Shown here: positions 36,628 through 49,783 of the stretch, one piece after another
How positions within the stretch are numbered: position 1 is the first letter of the stretch
Layout of the letters: every line of letters begins with the position of its first letter
DNA from: Isurus oxyrinchus
Taxonomy: Eukaryota
DNA: 64,000 nucleotides
Assembly (NCBI GenBank): GCA_026770705.1
Contig: JANJGN010000005.1
Span: 137,516,001 to 137,580,000 of the forward strand
Reading direction: 5' to 3'
The notes under the pieces: model-generated
The model's input: the letters and a program-made list of their open reading frames with translations, nothing else
Told to the model about the DNA's origin: nothing
Database searches by the model: none
Translations under genes and position numbers: made by a program

Positions 36628-38174
36628 TACAGGAACAAACTACCCAGGAATACAAAAATAGACTAAGAGGTTTTACAATTATATAAAAAGGAGTGTAGTT
36701 AAATTAATTGTTGGTCCACTTGAGGCAGAGACAGGAGAAATTAGCATAGGAATAGGAATTGGCAGAGGTAGTGAACACACATTTTGTGTCTGCCCTCACA
36801 GCTGAAGCCTTAAGTTACATATCAGAAGTAGAGGCTAATCAAGTGGCTAAGAGTGAGGAAATTAGGGTAATTATCTGCAGAGAAGAATTATTGGAGCAAC
36901 CTAAGGGACTAAAATCCAACAACCCCAGGCTACATCCAAGGGTTCTAAAAGAAATAGCTGCAGACAGAGTGGATCTGCTGGTTCTGATTTTCCAAAATTC
37001 TCTAGATTCTGGCACTGTCCCAGCAGATTGGAAGTTAGCAAATGTAACGAGATAGTCAAGAAAGGAGTAAGAAAATTGGGAACGACAGGCAAGTTAGGCT
37101 GACATCAGTTGTTGAAAAAATGCTGGAATGTCTTACTAAGCAAGTCTTCACAATACACGTGAAAAATCATAGTATGATCAGATCAAGTCAGCATGGTTTT
37201 CCAAAAGGGAAATTGTGTTTGACAAACTTATTAGAGTTTCTTGAGCATGTAACAAGTAACGTGGATGAAGGTGAACCACTAGTTGTAGTATTCTTGGACT
37301 TCCAAACGGCATTCAATAAGATGCCATTCTAAAGATGAATACACAAGATAAGGGCTCATGGATTGGGGGTAATATATCAGCATGGATAGAAGATTACTTA
37401 ATGGACAGGAAACAAAGAGTAGGGAGAAATGAGGCATTTTCAAGTTAGCAAGCTAATGGAGCGCCACAAGGATCAGTGCTGGGGCCACAACTATTTACAA
37501 TCTATATTAATGACTTAGATGAGGACACCAAGAGTAATATACCTAAGTTTGCTGATGGCACAAAGCCAAGTGGGAATGAAAGCTTTGGGGAGGACACAGA
37601 GGCTGCAAAGAGGTGTAGGCAGATTAAGTGAGTCAGCATAAGGTGGCAGATGGGGTATGAAGTGAGGAAGTGTACGATTTGATCATAAGAATAGAAAAGC
37701 AGAATATTTTTAAAAGGTGTGAAAATTGCAAATGTTGGTTTTCAGGGAAACTTGGTTGTGCTTGTACAAGGAACACAAAATTAGCATGCAGGTACAGCAA
37801 GGCAAGGAAGGCAAAAGACATATTGCCTTTTATTGTAAGGGGATTGGAGTAAGTCTTGCTACAATTATACTGTATTGGACTTTATTGAGACCACACTTCG
37901 AGTTGTGTGTGCAGTTTTGGCCTCCATATTTAGGGAAAGATATGCTTGCATCAGAGGTGGTACCATGAAGATTAACTAGATTGGCCCCTGAGATGAGAGG
38001 GTTGAACTGAGTCTACTTTCTCTGGAGCTTAGAAGAATGGGAGGTGATCCAGTTGAAATAGACAAGATTATGAAGGGATAAAACAAAAAAACTGCGGATG
38101 CTGGAAATCCAAAACAAAAACAGAATTACCTGGAAAAACTCAGCAGGTCTGGCAGCATCGGCGGAGAAGAAAAG

Positions 38175-38213
38175 AGTTGACGTTTCGAGTCCTCATGACC
38201 CTTCGACAGAACT
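38175..38213 (-). ncRNA. Minimal hammerhead-like motif with variant core CUGUCGA (PLE family A)
   Basis: Minus strand AGTT-CTGTCGA-A-GGGTC-ATGAG-GACTC-GAAA-CG-TC-AACT: stem I AGTT/AACT, stem II, palindromic ACGT and a GUC triplet. Confidence 0.7.
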
Positions 38214-40632
38214 TGAGTTCGAGTCCAAGAAAAAGTTGAAATATAAGCTGGTTTAAGGTGTGTGTGTGGTGGGCGGAGAGATAGAGAGAGAGAGAGAGAG
38301 AGAGGTTGGGGGGGGGTGGGGGGGGGGGTTGGGGGTGGGGGGTTGGGGGTGTGGTTGTATGGACAAACAAGCAATGATAGAAGCAGATCATCAAAAGATG
38401 TCAACGACAATGGTTCAATAGAACACATAGGTGTTAAAGTTGGTGATATTTTCTAAACGAATGTGCTAATTAAGAATGGATGGTAGGGCATTCAAGGTAT
38501 AGCTCTAATGGGGGTGGGGAGAGCATAAAATATTTTAAAATATTTAAAAATAATGGAAATAGGTGGGAAAAGAAAAATCTATAATTTATTGGAACAAAAA
38601 GAAAGGGGGAAACAGAAATGGGGTGGGGATGGGGGAGGGAGCTCACGACCTAAAGTTGATGAATTCAATATTCAGTCCAGAAGGCTGTAAGGTGCCTAGT
38701 CGGAAGATGAGGTGTTGTTCCTCCAATTTGCATTGGGCTTCACTGGAACAATGCAGCAAGCCAAGGACAGACATGTGGGCAAGAGAGCAGGGTGGAGTGT
38801 TAAAATGGCAAGCGACAGGGAGGTTTGGGTCATTCTTGCAGACAGACCGCAGGTTTTCTGCAAAGCGGTCGCCCAGTTTACGTTTGGTCTCTCCAATGTA
38901 GAGGAGACCACATTGGGAGCAACGAATGCAGTAGACTAAGTTGGGGGAAATGCAAGTGAAATGCTGCTTCACTTGAAAGGAGTGTTTGGGCCCTTGGACG
39001 GTGAGGAGAGAGGAAGTGAAGGGGCAGGTGTTACATCTTTTGCGTGGGCATGGGGTGGTGCCATAGGAGGGGGTTGAGGAGTAGGGGGTGATGGAGGAGT
39101 GGACCAGGGTGTCCCGGAGGGAGCGATCCCTACGGAATGCCGATAAGGGGGTGAAGGGAAGATGTGTTTGGTGGTGGCATCATGCTGGAGTTGGCGGAAA
39201 TGGCGGAGGATGATCCTTTGAATGCGGAGGCTGGTGGGGTGATAAGTGAGGACAAGGGGGACCCTATCATGTTTCTGGGAGGGAGGAGAAGGCGTGAGGG
39301 CGGATGCGCGGGAGATGGGCCGGACACGGTTGAGGGCCCTGTCAACGACTGTGGGTGGAAAACCTCGGTTAAGGAAGAAGGAGGACATGTCAGAGGAACC
39401 GTTTTTGAAGGTAAGACGTTTCGAGTCCTCATGACCCTTCGACAGAACTTGAGTTCGAGTCCAAGAAAAAGTTGAAATATAAGCTGGTTTAAGGTGTGTG
39501 TGTGGTGGGCGATTCTCCCAGTTCCTTCGCCTTCGTCACATCTGTTCCGATGATGCTACCTTCAAAAACGGTTCCTCTGACATGTCCTCCTTCTTCCTTA
39601 ACCGAGGTTTTCCACCCACGGTCGTTGACAGGGCCCTCAACCGTGTCCGGCCCATCTCCCGCGCATCCGCCCTCACGCCTTCTCCTCCCTCCCAGAAATA
39701 TGATAGGGTCCCCCTTGTCCTCACTTATCACCCCACCAGCCTCCGCATTCAAAGGATCATCCTCCGCCATTTCCGCCAACTCCAGCATGATGCCACCACC
39801 AAACACATCTTCCCTTCACCCCCTTATCGGCATTCCGTAGGGATCGCTCCCTCCGGGACACCCTGGTCCACTCCTCCATCACCCCCTACTCCTCAACCCC
39901 CTCCTATGGCACCACCCCATGCCCACGCAAAAGATGTAACACCTGCCCCTTCACTTCCTCTCTCCTCACCGTCCAAGGACCCAAACACTCCTTTCAAGTG
40001 AAGCAGCATTTCACTTGCATTTCCCCCAACTTAGTCTACTGCATTCGTTGCTCCCAATGTGGTCTCCTCTACATTGGAGAGACCAAACGTAAAGTGGGCG
40101 ACTGCTTTGCAGAACACCTGCGGTCTGTCCGCAAGAATGACCCAAACCTCCTGTCGCTTGCCATTTTAACACTCCACCCTGCTCTCTTGCCCACATGTCT
40201 GTCCTTGGCTTGCTGTATTGTTCCAGTGAAGCCCAACGCAAACTGGAGGAACAACACCTCATCTTCCGACTAGGCACCTTACAGCCTTCTGGACTGAATA
40301 TTGAATTCAACAACTTTAGGTCGTGAGCTCCCTCCCCCATCCCCACCCCATTTCTGTTTCCCCCTTTCTTTTTGTTCCAATAAATTATATAGATTTTTCT
40401 TTTCCCACCTATTTCCATTATTTTTAAATATTTTAAAATCTTTTATGCTCTCCCCACCCCATTAGAGCTATACCTTGAGTGCCCTACCGTCCATTCTTAA
40501 TTAGCACATTCGTTTAGATAATATCACCAACTTTAACTTTAACACCTATGTGTTCTATTGTACCATTGTCATTGACATCTTTTGATGATCTGCTTCTATC
40601 ACTGCTTGTTTGTCCATACAACCACACCCCCA

Positions 40633-40670
<38 letters not shown>

Positions 40671-40739
40671 ATCTCTCCGCCCACCACACACACACCCTAA
40701 ACCAGCTTATATTTCAACTTTTTCTTGGACTCGAACTCA

Positions 40740-40778
40740 AGTTCTGTCGAAGGGTCATGAGGATTCGAAATGTCAACT
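40740..40778 (+). ncRNA. Minimal hammerhead-like motif (PLE family A), sense to the host pre-mRNA
   Basis: AGTT-CTGTCGA-AGGGTCATGAGGATTC-GAAA-TGTC-AACT. Confidence 0.6.
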
Positions 40779-41770
40779 CTTTTCTTCTCCGCCGATGCTG
40801 CCAGACCTGCTGAGTTTTTCCAGGTAATTCTGTTAAGATTATGAAGGGGCTTGACAGGGTAGACACTGAGAAGGTGTTTCACCTGGCTGAACATGGGAGT
40901 ACAGTCTCAAGATTAGCAGCTGATCATTCCCGTTGTAGATGAAAGATTTCTTCACTCCAAAAGGTTGTGAATTTTCAGAATTCTCTACCCCAGAGGGGTG
41001 AGGTAGACAGATTTTTGGGTTCTAAGGAAACTAAGGGAAATGAGGAGCAGCCAGAAAAATGAAATTGAGGCAGAAGATCAGCCATGATCGTGTTGAATGG
41101 CTATGCAGGCTCGACGGGCCATATAGTTTTCTGCTTTTTCTAAGTTCTTATGTTGCTGGTACTTCACAGTAATCCTGTTGTAGCTTTTTGCAGCCAAATA
41201 GCTTGAAGAGAGAAAATAAGTTTTTAATGAGAAATAGATAGTAATTTCGAGGAGTTAATGTTAATTCCACTTGTTTGTCTCCTGCAGTCACATAACAGAA
41301 ACAGCTTGTTACTTTTTTTTTGTTTATGTCCTGGTTTTGTTGATACCTCAGGTACATAGCTTGCTATTTTAAAATCTTATACCTCGAGTTAGTCCAATGT
41401 TCACATTTATTTTACAATTTTTATATTCAGCCTATTTTCCTGTCCTCCTCTAATGTGCTTGTAGCTGGAGCCCTCCGGTACTTGCCCAAGTGGTCATTCA
41501 TTGTAATTGTGCCTAGATTGAGGATCCACAAGCTATTCAACCACAGGAGCTTTCAGAGCTGTGCTGAGTGCAGTCTTCAATGACAGAAGGCACCACTGAA
41601 CAGTGATCAGGAGTGGGAATTCTTGCTGCTATTTCCTGTCTCTAGTTCATTAGGGTCTCTATTATCCTGACAGCTAACAGCGTAGCCCAGGAAACAAATT
41701 AGGTGTTTCTAATCTATCCCTCCATTAAAGCTACCTTAATCAGCTGAGCCATTGGGCCCTAGCATTAATA

Positions 41771-41968
41771 ATATAAACAAAGTGCTGGAAAAACTCAGCA
41801 GGTCTGGCAGCATCTGTGGAGAGAGAAACAGAGTTGACATTTAATTGGACTAGAAACGTTAACCCTGTTTCTCTCTCCATGGATGCAGCCAAACCTGCTG
41901 AGTTTTTCCAGCACTTTCTGCTTTCATTTCAAATCTCGAGTATTCACAGTATTTTACTTTTTTAGCAT
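41771..41968. mobile_element. Palindromic PLE pLTR pair with 13 bp TSD
   Basis: agtgctggaaaaactcagcaggt...acctgctgagtttttccagcact inverted arms. cctagcattaata at 41758-41770 and 41969-41981. Confidence 0.85.
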
Positions 41969-42608
41969 CCTAGCATTAATATTTTTAAGGTTTCTTACTA
42001 TTTTTCCTGACTTTGACCTGTCATCCCTGGACCATAAATTTTTGATCTGAGAAGCCACTATAATTACCCTTCTTGCTTAATTGCAAAGAGTCAAGTATGG
42101 GTGAGATCAGACTCCGTAACCTAACTGATCCCACTTGCTTTGTAAAGAAAAGAGCATGTGTGGTTTTCTTTTTTCCCATTTTTAAACCAGACTGCCAAAA
42201 GCACATTAACTTTAGGGGATGGAGGAAAAAACAGCAATACTCCTCTGTAGCATTTTAATAACAACCAACTGGAGGTTAAAGCCACATGGATGAGTTGAGC
42301 GAATAGAATCTCGCAACGAAAATCAACAACATTGCATCATGCGCTAGTAAGAATCATATTGTTTTCAATTCTATGCTCAATAAGCAATTACTGATATTAC
42401 TCTTGGAATGTAAATGCAATGCAGCTTGTGTTACAAAATTTACTAATTTATCAGTTGTGCAATGTAATAGACTTCTGTTAATCCTCAGATGATTTACACT
42501 TGGAGCACAAAATCTTTTCCCTCCTTTGAAAAAGAGAATCTAGTTAGTATTTATTTTTGTTTCTGAAACTGAATGAACACTGAAAATGATTTATTTTATT
42601 TTTCCTAG

Positions 42609-42867
42609 GAACAAGATGTCTCCTGCTTTGAAGATAGCAGTGATGATGACGACCAAACACTAAAAATCTTTGATGAACTAAAGCATAAATATTCTCAGGC
42701 CAAGGCCAATAATAAAAAGTTGATTCAGGAACTTAAAAAAGTTACAACAAAACTCCGATTTGCTGAAGAAAAGCAAAAGGAATATGAACACTTGGCATCT
42801 GAACTACAGAGACTGAGGGACCTAAATATGGACCTTCAGAATGCACTGCTTTTGAAGTTATTTAGAT
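42609..42867 (+). CDS. BEND5-like: BEND5-like gene, coiled-coil exon
   Basis: tttcctag acceptor and T|gtaagt donor. Encodes EQDVSCFEDSSDDDDQTLKIFDELKHKY...KEYEHLASELQRLRDLNMDLQNALLLKLFR, matching BEND5 'KEYGALVSEMKELRDLNRRLQDVLLLRL'. Length 259 nt (phase 0 to 1). Confidence 0.92.
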
Positions 42868-43739
42868 GTAAGTCTTATCTCTCCATAATTCGGTTCCAGC
42901 TCAAGCTAGAGTTAAGTGTAGCAACACTTAATGGATTTTACTATTGAATGTCTCACTTGCATCTTTTTCATTACTTTAAACCTCTGCAATAACCTTATTA
43001 AAAGTAATTATCTAAATTAATGATTTAAATGGCTGTATTATTATCTTTGCCAATTTAAGTACTTTTTCAAATTCGAACCTGGTAAATTATCTAGTTAATG
43101 CAAACATGAGGTGCTTAATTATTTAAAAGTTTGTAGTCCATTATTCAATTCCTTTTACATCAGAGGCTTTGTACTAATGTGGCGATAGATGTGTTTCCTG
43201 TACAAAATATACCATACCTCTTTGAATTAATGCTTTTGGCTCCTGACTTTCCAGTTCACTTCCCAACCTGCTGTGTCCATTTAGTTTATAGGGGTAATTT
43301 CTCGGTACCTGGTGTGACTGTATTAATTTAAAGGGATCTAGCACTTGAGACATTTCAAACAGACAAAGTCACGGCATGATCTAATAGTTGTTTAAAATTA
43401 TCTGGGAAACTGACAGGTTAAGTGGGGCCAGTTTTCCAATAGGGGAATCCAGAACAAGGTGAATAATCTTACAATTTGAGCCAAGTCAAAAGCAACTCCA
43501 TCTCGTTGCTCCTATGCCTTAAATCTCTAACATTTATTCTATCTGTGTCCCCTCATTCTAGCTGTTCAGTTGCTGGAAGTAGTCTGCTTCTATTTACTCT
43601 GTTTCACCCCTTTATAATTTGAAATACCTTGATCAATTTAACCTTGAATCTCCTCTGTTCAATTTTCCACGTCTTTCATTATATTTGAACTTTCTTCGTA
43701 CCAGATAGCATCCTAGTGAATCTGCCTTGTTTTGTCTTT

Positions 43740-44290
43740 TTTTTGTTCATTCATGGATATGGGCACTGCTGGCGAGGCCAGCATTTATTGCCCATCCCTA
43801 ATTGCCCTTGAGAAGGTTCTGGTGAGCTGCCTTCTCGGTACACTCAGTGCTGTTGGGAAGGGAGTTCCAGGATTTTGACCCAGTGACAGTGAAGGAACGG
43901 TGATATATTTCCAAGTCAGGATGGTGTGTGGCTTGGAAGGGAACTTCCAGGCAGTGGTGTCCCAATGCATCTGCTGCCCTTGTCCTTCCAGATGGTAGCA
44001 GTTGTGGGTGTGGAAGGTGCTGTCTAAAGAGCCTTGGTGAATCCCTGCAGTGCACATTGTAGATGGTAAACACTGCTGCCACTGTGCGTTGATGGTGAAG
44101 GGAGTGAATGTTTGTGGATGGAGTGCCAATCAAGCAGGCTGCTTTGTCCCAGATGGTGTCAAGCTTCTTGAGTGTTGTTGGAGCTGTACTCACCCTAACC
44201 ATCACACTGCTGACTTGCGCCTTGTAAATGGTGGACAAGCTTTGGGGAGCCAGGAGATGAGTTACCTGCCACAGGATTCCTAGCCTCCTT
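43740..44290 (-). mobile_element. 3' end of the CR1/L2-group LINE family also seen at 51126-56020
   Basis: ORF remnant LGILWQVTHLLAPQSLSTIYKAQVSS...LKKLDTIWDKAACLIG and the aagggcaattagggatgggcaataaatgctgg tail. Confidence 0.85.
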
Positions 44291-44312
44291 ATTTCAATAT
44301 CCTTTTCGTGGT

Positions 44313-44415
44313 ACAAAACAAAAACAGAATTACCTGGAAAAACTCAGCAGGTCTGGCAGCATCGGCGGAGAAGAAAAGAGTTGACGTTTCGAGTCCTCAT
44401 GACCCTTCGACAGAA
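44313..44415 (-). mobile_element. Solo ~100 bp PLE family A pLTR fragment with hammerhead-like motif, 11 bp TSD
   Basis: Near-identical to 38110-38211. cttttcgtggt at 44302-44312 and 44416-44426. Confidence 0.9.
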
Positions 44416-45234
44416 CTTTTCGTGGTGTCTACCCTAAAATTACACAATACTCAAAACTGTGGTTATGCTGAGACTTTACTTAACCTTGCTATTACATCTC
44501 AACTTTTTGTATTGCACACTTCTTGCAGCAAACCTAAGAGTCTGTTAGCCTTTTTGTAATGGCTGCATTTGTCACATTTAGTGATTTGAATTCCCCCTGC
44601 CATTCTTGTGCCCATTCTGCCATTTTATTAACATAGAGCAAAGATAGGAATTTGGGATTGAGAAGAGAATAGTGCCATGGCTAACCAAGCAGGGTGAGTT
44701 AAATGGCATGCTCCTGTTGCTATGCTGCTAGACAATGGGAATGCAATCTGAAGGGGACTGATATTGGGTAAAGCTATCGCTGGCTCAGTATTGGCGCACT
44801 AACATACGCAATCATTTTAATGTAGAATTGACTGACTCAGCTCATATACCATGACAATTATGCAGTAATAGGCTATTTCCAGCTATTAAGCTGTTGGCAA
44901 TTGGTTATTCTTGGCCACATAGCTAGGTGTGTGTCAGGTGCTATGAGATGAGTTGGATACAAGTGTGAAAAGAAAATCTTTTGATAGTTATCCTTTAATT
45001 TATTTATCTTCCTGTGTACTACTTTTAGTCTAGAGAATGGGGGACCTGCACCTATAGGTTTACTACTATGTGACAGCTCCCAGGAGAAGTAGGCTAAGGA
45101 TGATCATCCCCTTAATGTTTCCCTTCTGTTAGAAACCTCTTAGCCTCCATTTGGCATCTTTGCATAATAATTTGCCTGAGACTTGCTAAGAATTAGTGTG
45201 GGGAAAAGCAAACCTGTGTTCCATTACTCCAAAT

Positions 45235-45530
45235 TTGAGTATTGCTGATAAAAGAGACATGTCGAAGCTTTTTTGCTAGCACTCATCAGGACACTTCAAG
45301 AATACCAATATAAGGGGGGAAACAGCAACTTGGACTGTATGAGGAGAGAGTGGTTGCCAAGTAGACTTTTTTTGGTAGAGGCATTGCCACTAGTGATGGT
45401 GACTGACAGTTAACTGCCAATCATGGTTTGAAATTTAAACTAAGCAGCTACACTCTGGTCAAGGCATTGTCCTGAGGAATGAATCAGTGAATGGCTGTCA
45501 GTTATTGCACCAGTTTCAGCTAAATAAAAT
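45235..45530 (-). mobile_element. PLE family B pLTR fragment with hammerhead motif (45260-45293)
   Basis: Minus strand TGTC-CTGATGA-GTGCTAGC-AAAA..AAGCTT-C-GACA. Confidence 0.75.
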
Positions 45531-46937
45531 GTGTGCCTCCATAATTACATTAGAGCACCACTGTTAGTCATAATATAAATGAGAATTTGACATGTTTATT
45601 GTGACTAACCATGAAATTTAACATTGAACCTCCAATTAATTTTGTTAATCTACAAAACCCTTATTCTTCCGGGTGGGTGGTGGTTTCTATAGCTTTTGGT
45701 AGATAATATCTTCGAAGTATAATAGGGCACACATCTGTGTATGAAAGTTAAATTCTGTCAATGGATCATGCTCTCATATTTTCAGGATTTGGTGTCAACT
45801 ATGGCTTGTGAAGATGTACACATTTGAAAGTCTTCTGTATGTGCTCCCTGTGGTCCTCAGAATGATGGCAGTAAATTTGAATTTTTACAGTGAATTGTTA
45901 TGTCCTCCATGTGGTCTGTGAGGAGTTTCTGGTACCTGCTGGAAAGGTATCCATGACCCAAACTCTCGAGTCTCAGTTACTTAATATCTACTAATGATGA
46001 TCCTCCAAGGAGGAAGATCTGCAGGATCTCTTTGGGTTGAGGTAGCTCCAAAATGACGTAGCTACCAGTGGAAGTTTGGAACCATCAATCATTGGCAGAC
46101 TCAATAACTTCAACCTGCAGTTAACTAGGACACTGGTGTTTAACCTCCAGCCTGTCTCATTAACGAGACCTGGAGCTATAGGGCTGATTATGTACTTGGA
46201 GGCTACAATTCTTTTTCTGCTTCAGATCTTGGAAACCACTATGATAATGGCTCAAGTGGCATTTTTCTGGACAAATAACACTTTATTGTTTTAACTGTTT
46301 AAGTACCACAAGTATCCTTGCATGTACTGGAAATTCCCCAAGTTATGGCTCTTGCTAAACTGTGTCCTAGGTTTTCTTCGAGCCACTTTTTGTAAAACTA
46401 TAGCATAAGGAACCATCTAATGCAAGTATGTTTAACTGAGGATACCTGACTTTCTGGTAAGGACTTGGGAAAAGGCGGATGACATCTTTTCAGAGCAGGG
46501 CCTATTTGGTGACTAAACTCTGGACAGTGGTTTCCAGTGGTATAGATTTAAAAAAATAGGGCTATTGTTCCAAACTGCCTATAGCCTTAAGAATCTTAAG
46601 GTCATTGGATTTTCTTCCATGCTTTGTTCTTTTATCCTCTTCCCTTTTAAATTGTATTGGTATTTGTCACTTTATTAATTTCAAGTTTTCCTTTTTTTTG
46701 CTCTGTTTATAAGTTATGAATTTGTCTTCTGCTTCTCCTGATCTTTATAATGTTACAACCAATGTTATTTTTATAGATATTTATAGCTGATGACACAAGT
46801 ATAAATAGACTTTAATAGTTTGCACAGAATGGGTAACTCACCTTTTTAAAATCATTTTGTAATCTGTAAAAACATTAGTTTTTGAATTAGCTCTTTGAAA
46901 GCAATTGAATAGTAAATCAATATTTTCACATTTTCAG

Positions 46938-47230
46938 TACCAGAACAATACCATGGCTCAAATCCTGAGGAAGAGCTAATTGACAACACATCAGCACATC
47001 AACTGATTTCAAGTACTCCAGTAACTTCCATTCTGCAAGACCATTTGAACATGCAACAAAGAGTTTATCCTGGCAAGAAAAGCCCACATGCTCTTCTTCC
47101 AACTCCAAGTACTTCTGATCATCTAGAGAGTCAGATTGAAAACGGGAACAACATGGTACCATGTCCGTGGGCTTCAACCCAAGCTATTGCTATGGCTCAG
47201 CCTAATGTTTACTCTGTTCAGGATGGAAAG
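46938..47230 (+). CDS. BEND5-like: BEND5-like gene, linker exon
   Basis: ttttcag acceptor and AAG|gtaagg donor. 293 nt stop-free frame (phase 1 to 0) ending ...YSVQDGK, compared with BEND5 ...YILDNGK. Confidence 0.88.
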
Positions 47231-47324
47231 GTAAGGTTAGCTTTATATATTATAGATACTTCCCATATTTTGCATATATGAGCTGAATTTGTGAGCTACA
47301 GATTCTAACACCATTTGTTAATAG

Positions 47325-47535
47325 GTTCACATTGGTGCTAATATATGGATTGATGAGGACAAGTGGGAAACTGTGAAACGTCAACCAAGTGATTCAAGAT
47401 TTACTAAGTGCTTGGCTGTGGCTGTCTGGGGAGTGGATACCTTGAAGGACAGAAGTGTCACTGGAATTGCATGCAACTCCACAAAGTCGTCGCCTAAACC
47501 ACCTCTTTCCCCTTATAAAGTACAGATTATTAAAG
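47325..47535 (+). CDS. BEND5-like: BEND5-like gene, BEN domain exon
   Basis: atag acceptor after a 94 nt intron and G|gtgagt donor. Encodes VHIGANIWIDEDKWETVKRQPSDSRFTKCLAVAVWGVDTLKDRSVTGIACNSTKSSPKPPLSPYKVQIIK, which carries the BEND5-type BEN signature (KWxxx...DSKYTKNLAVxIWGxDxLKxRSVTG...KPPLSP). Confidence 0.95.
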
Positions 47536-49612
47536 GTGAGTTTAAGAACAACTTTACACAGCAGAGGTTTTTGCCTTTTAAGCTTCTTTAGTTTTTTTCC
47601 TTACAATTTCCATCCTCTTTGTCCCTGCCTTCCCCACCCTCCTGCTTAGCTAGGAAGGTTCTAGCTTTGTGTAGACATGTTTCAGAATTCTGCTATACCA
47701 AAAAAGCCTATCATCAGCATTTTTTTCTTCACTTTGCAAAGTTAAAGCATTTTTTTAAAGCAAATAAATCTCAATTTTGTTCTAGTAAAGCAAGGAAGCA
47801 TCATAGGCAGTGCCCAACAGCTGGTGACAAATGTTACTTGCAGAGCAATCACTGTTACAAATATGAGTTTAGCAATGTCACCAACCAGTAACCATCTAAT
47901 GGTATACTACGACCCTTGAAAATTAATATTTTTTTCAATTTGGCTAGTTTAGTTTGGCATAAAACCAAATAGAAATTGCCTGTGTTCTTCCCTGCTACTC
48001 CTATTTTGCTTATTAAACAGTTTTGGACAAACTCAAAAGCTGCTTTAATTTTATGGAAGGCGGTTGAAACAATTGTATTTTACAACTGGCTTGTTGATAA
48101 GTTACTTTGTGGAGATACAGTTATATGTATGTCTAATATATCTTTAATGGGAAGATAAAACTCGTGTCACTAGTGGATTCAATATATCATGTTTTCCCTC
48201 AATATAATCATGTTGTGAAAAAGAGGGCTTAAATGTATTCTTTCTCCAATGTCCAATAAATGCAAGTTTTATTTTCATCCAAACTGTGATGAGAGAGTAC
48301 GATTCCTGCAGTTTCCTAACAGTTAAGGAAGCAACCAGCTAAGGTATAAAGACCAAGAGCATCCCAGGTTTGGTCCTCAGTCTGTGCTTGCCTTTCTGTT
48401 CTCAGCTGAGATGACAGGATTTGGCTTGGATGTGAAATACCACGGCAGAATAGCCTGCTGACTTGCTGTCTAGGTTCACATAGGAAGAGGTTTGAGAGGT
48501 TTGAGAGGTTAGAGTATGACTGGCGCCCATGAAACTTTCTTTTTTGAAGAGAAAAAACTGGTGAGAAAAAAAGATTTATTTCTGCTTGTTCGCTTATCTA
48601 GTTGGTAGACCATTGTAATACTAAGCCATATGGTGCTAGATTTGATTGCTATAAAACATTGCTCTGCTTGAGATCAGCGAACTCAATGTCAGGAATGTTA
48701 TAATTTGCCTCTGCTAGAAAGTGGAAAATCAATCAGATTTTCTGATCCTTATTGATATCCACTGATTCGTGTTGGAAGTTGTATGTGTGGATGTCAGATG
48801 TAGTCAGGATCATAATTATCAATGACGCCACCTGCATTTGAACAGTCTGCCTACTCTCATTGGGCTCACACAGGAAGATTGGCTAGTTGGGCAAGGTGCT
48901 TGGAGGGCTTTTGCACCTTAAACGTATACTCCAGCATTACTCTGCATACAGGAAGAGGAACAAAGCTCTACTGTTCCTCCTGTTTCATCTCGCGGAGTGA
49001 CGGCCTCCTTTTGATGGCAATCCCTCATACTCAAAGATAACAACCCTTATTGGTAGCAAAATCTGTCTTGATGATTATTCAAACCAATGTGAGTGTCATG
49101 CTGTGCTTATATTTCACAATCCCATACAGCTAATTTAGCATCAACCAATGCTGCTGTTTCTTCTATTCCTATTTCTTTTAGGAGCTCAGTAAGCTGGTAT
49201 TCACAGTGGCTAATATCATCCGATATTACTTCTCACTCGTTCATGTGACTTGCTGCAAGATTTTCTCAGTTATCAATGTTGATATAAGATTGTGCTTGAG
49301 CATGTCCTTGTCCATCATGCTACCAGCGCTGTTTCTACTTGGCCCATCCCGGTTTGCAGTGAAGCATCATTTTTGGCATTGTGGAGTTTTCCATGCAGAC
49401 TACATGTTTTGAGTATGCTGTTGTAAGCATGGCCTCGATTCCAATGACTTTGATAAGCTGTTTAATCTTCAGGTTTGTTACTTTTTCCTGTCACTTGATT
49501 TGCATGATGGACCTCAGGTGTTAGGTAGAAGTGGAACTTGTTAAACTGCCAATTATTACGTTGTTCACATGTCCATGGCTTTCATTCTACATCCAAAGGG
49601 TGATGATCACAG

Positions 49613-49783
49613 NNNNNNNNNNNNNNNNNNNNNNNNNNNNNNNNNNNNNNNNNNNNNNNNNNNNNNNNNNNNNNNNNNNNNNNNNNNNNNNNNNNNNNNN
49701 NNNNNNNNNNNNNNNNNNNNNNNNNNNNNNNNNNNNNNNNNNNNNNNNNNNNNNNNNNNNNNNNNNNNNNNNNNNNNNNNNNN
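49613..49783. other. Assembly gap (171 N)
   Basis: Run of N in the last intron of the BEND5-like gene. Confidence 1.

Larger units (their letters stand above)
38078..40834. mobile_element. Young Penelope-like family A insertion: two ~1.3 kb 5'-truncated copies in inverted orientation, 14 bp TSD
   Basis: SQFLRLRHICSDD..MSSFFLNRGFP (RT thumb) and KQHFTCISPNLVYCIRCSQCGLLYIGETKRKLGDRF (GIY-YIG) on both strands. aagattatgaaggg at 38064-38077 and 40835-40848. Confidence 0.95.
35700..41150 (+). mobile_element. CR1 LINE ORF2/3' UTR remnant interrupted by a MITE and a Penelope insertion
   Basis: LHPRVLKE, WKLANVT, SQHGFPKGKLCLTNLL, LDFQTAFNKMP and QGSVLGPQLF remnants. The sequence resumes after 40834. 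Confidence 0.85.

Noticed and set aside
38304-38352. G-quadruplex as a selected regulatory element
   Set aside because: The G-runs are a slippage-prone low-complexity tract of the PLE pLTR and are much shorter in the sister arm.
38563-40418. Overlapping 100-167 aa ORFs as host genes
   Set aside because: They are truncated PLE RT/GIY-YIG pieces and their antisense or shifted frames.
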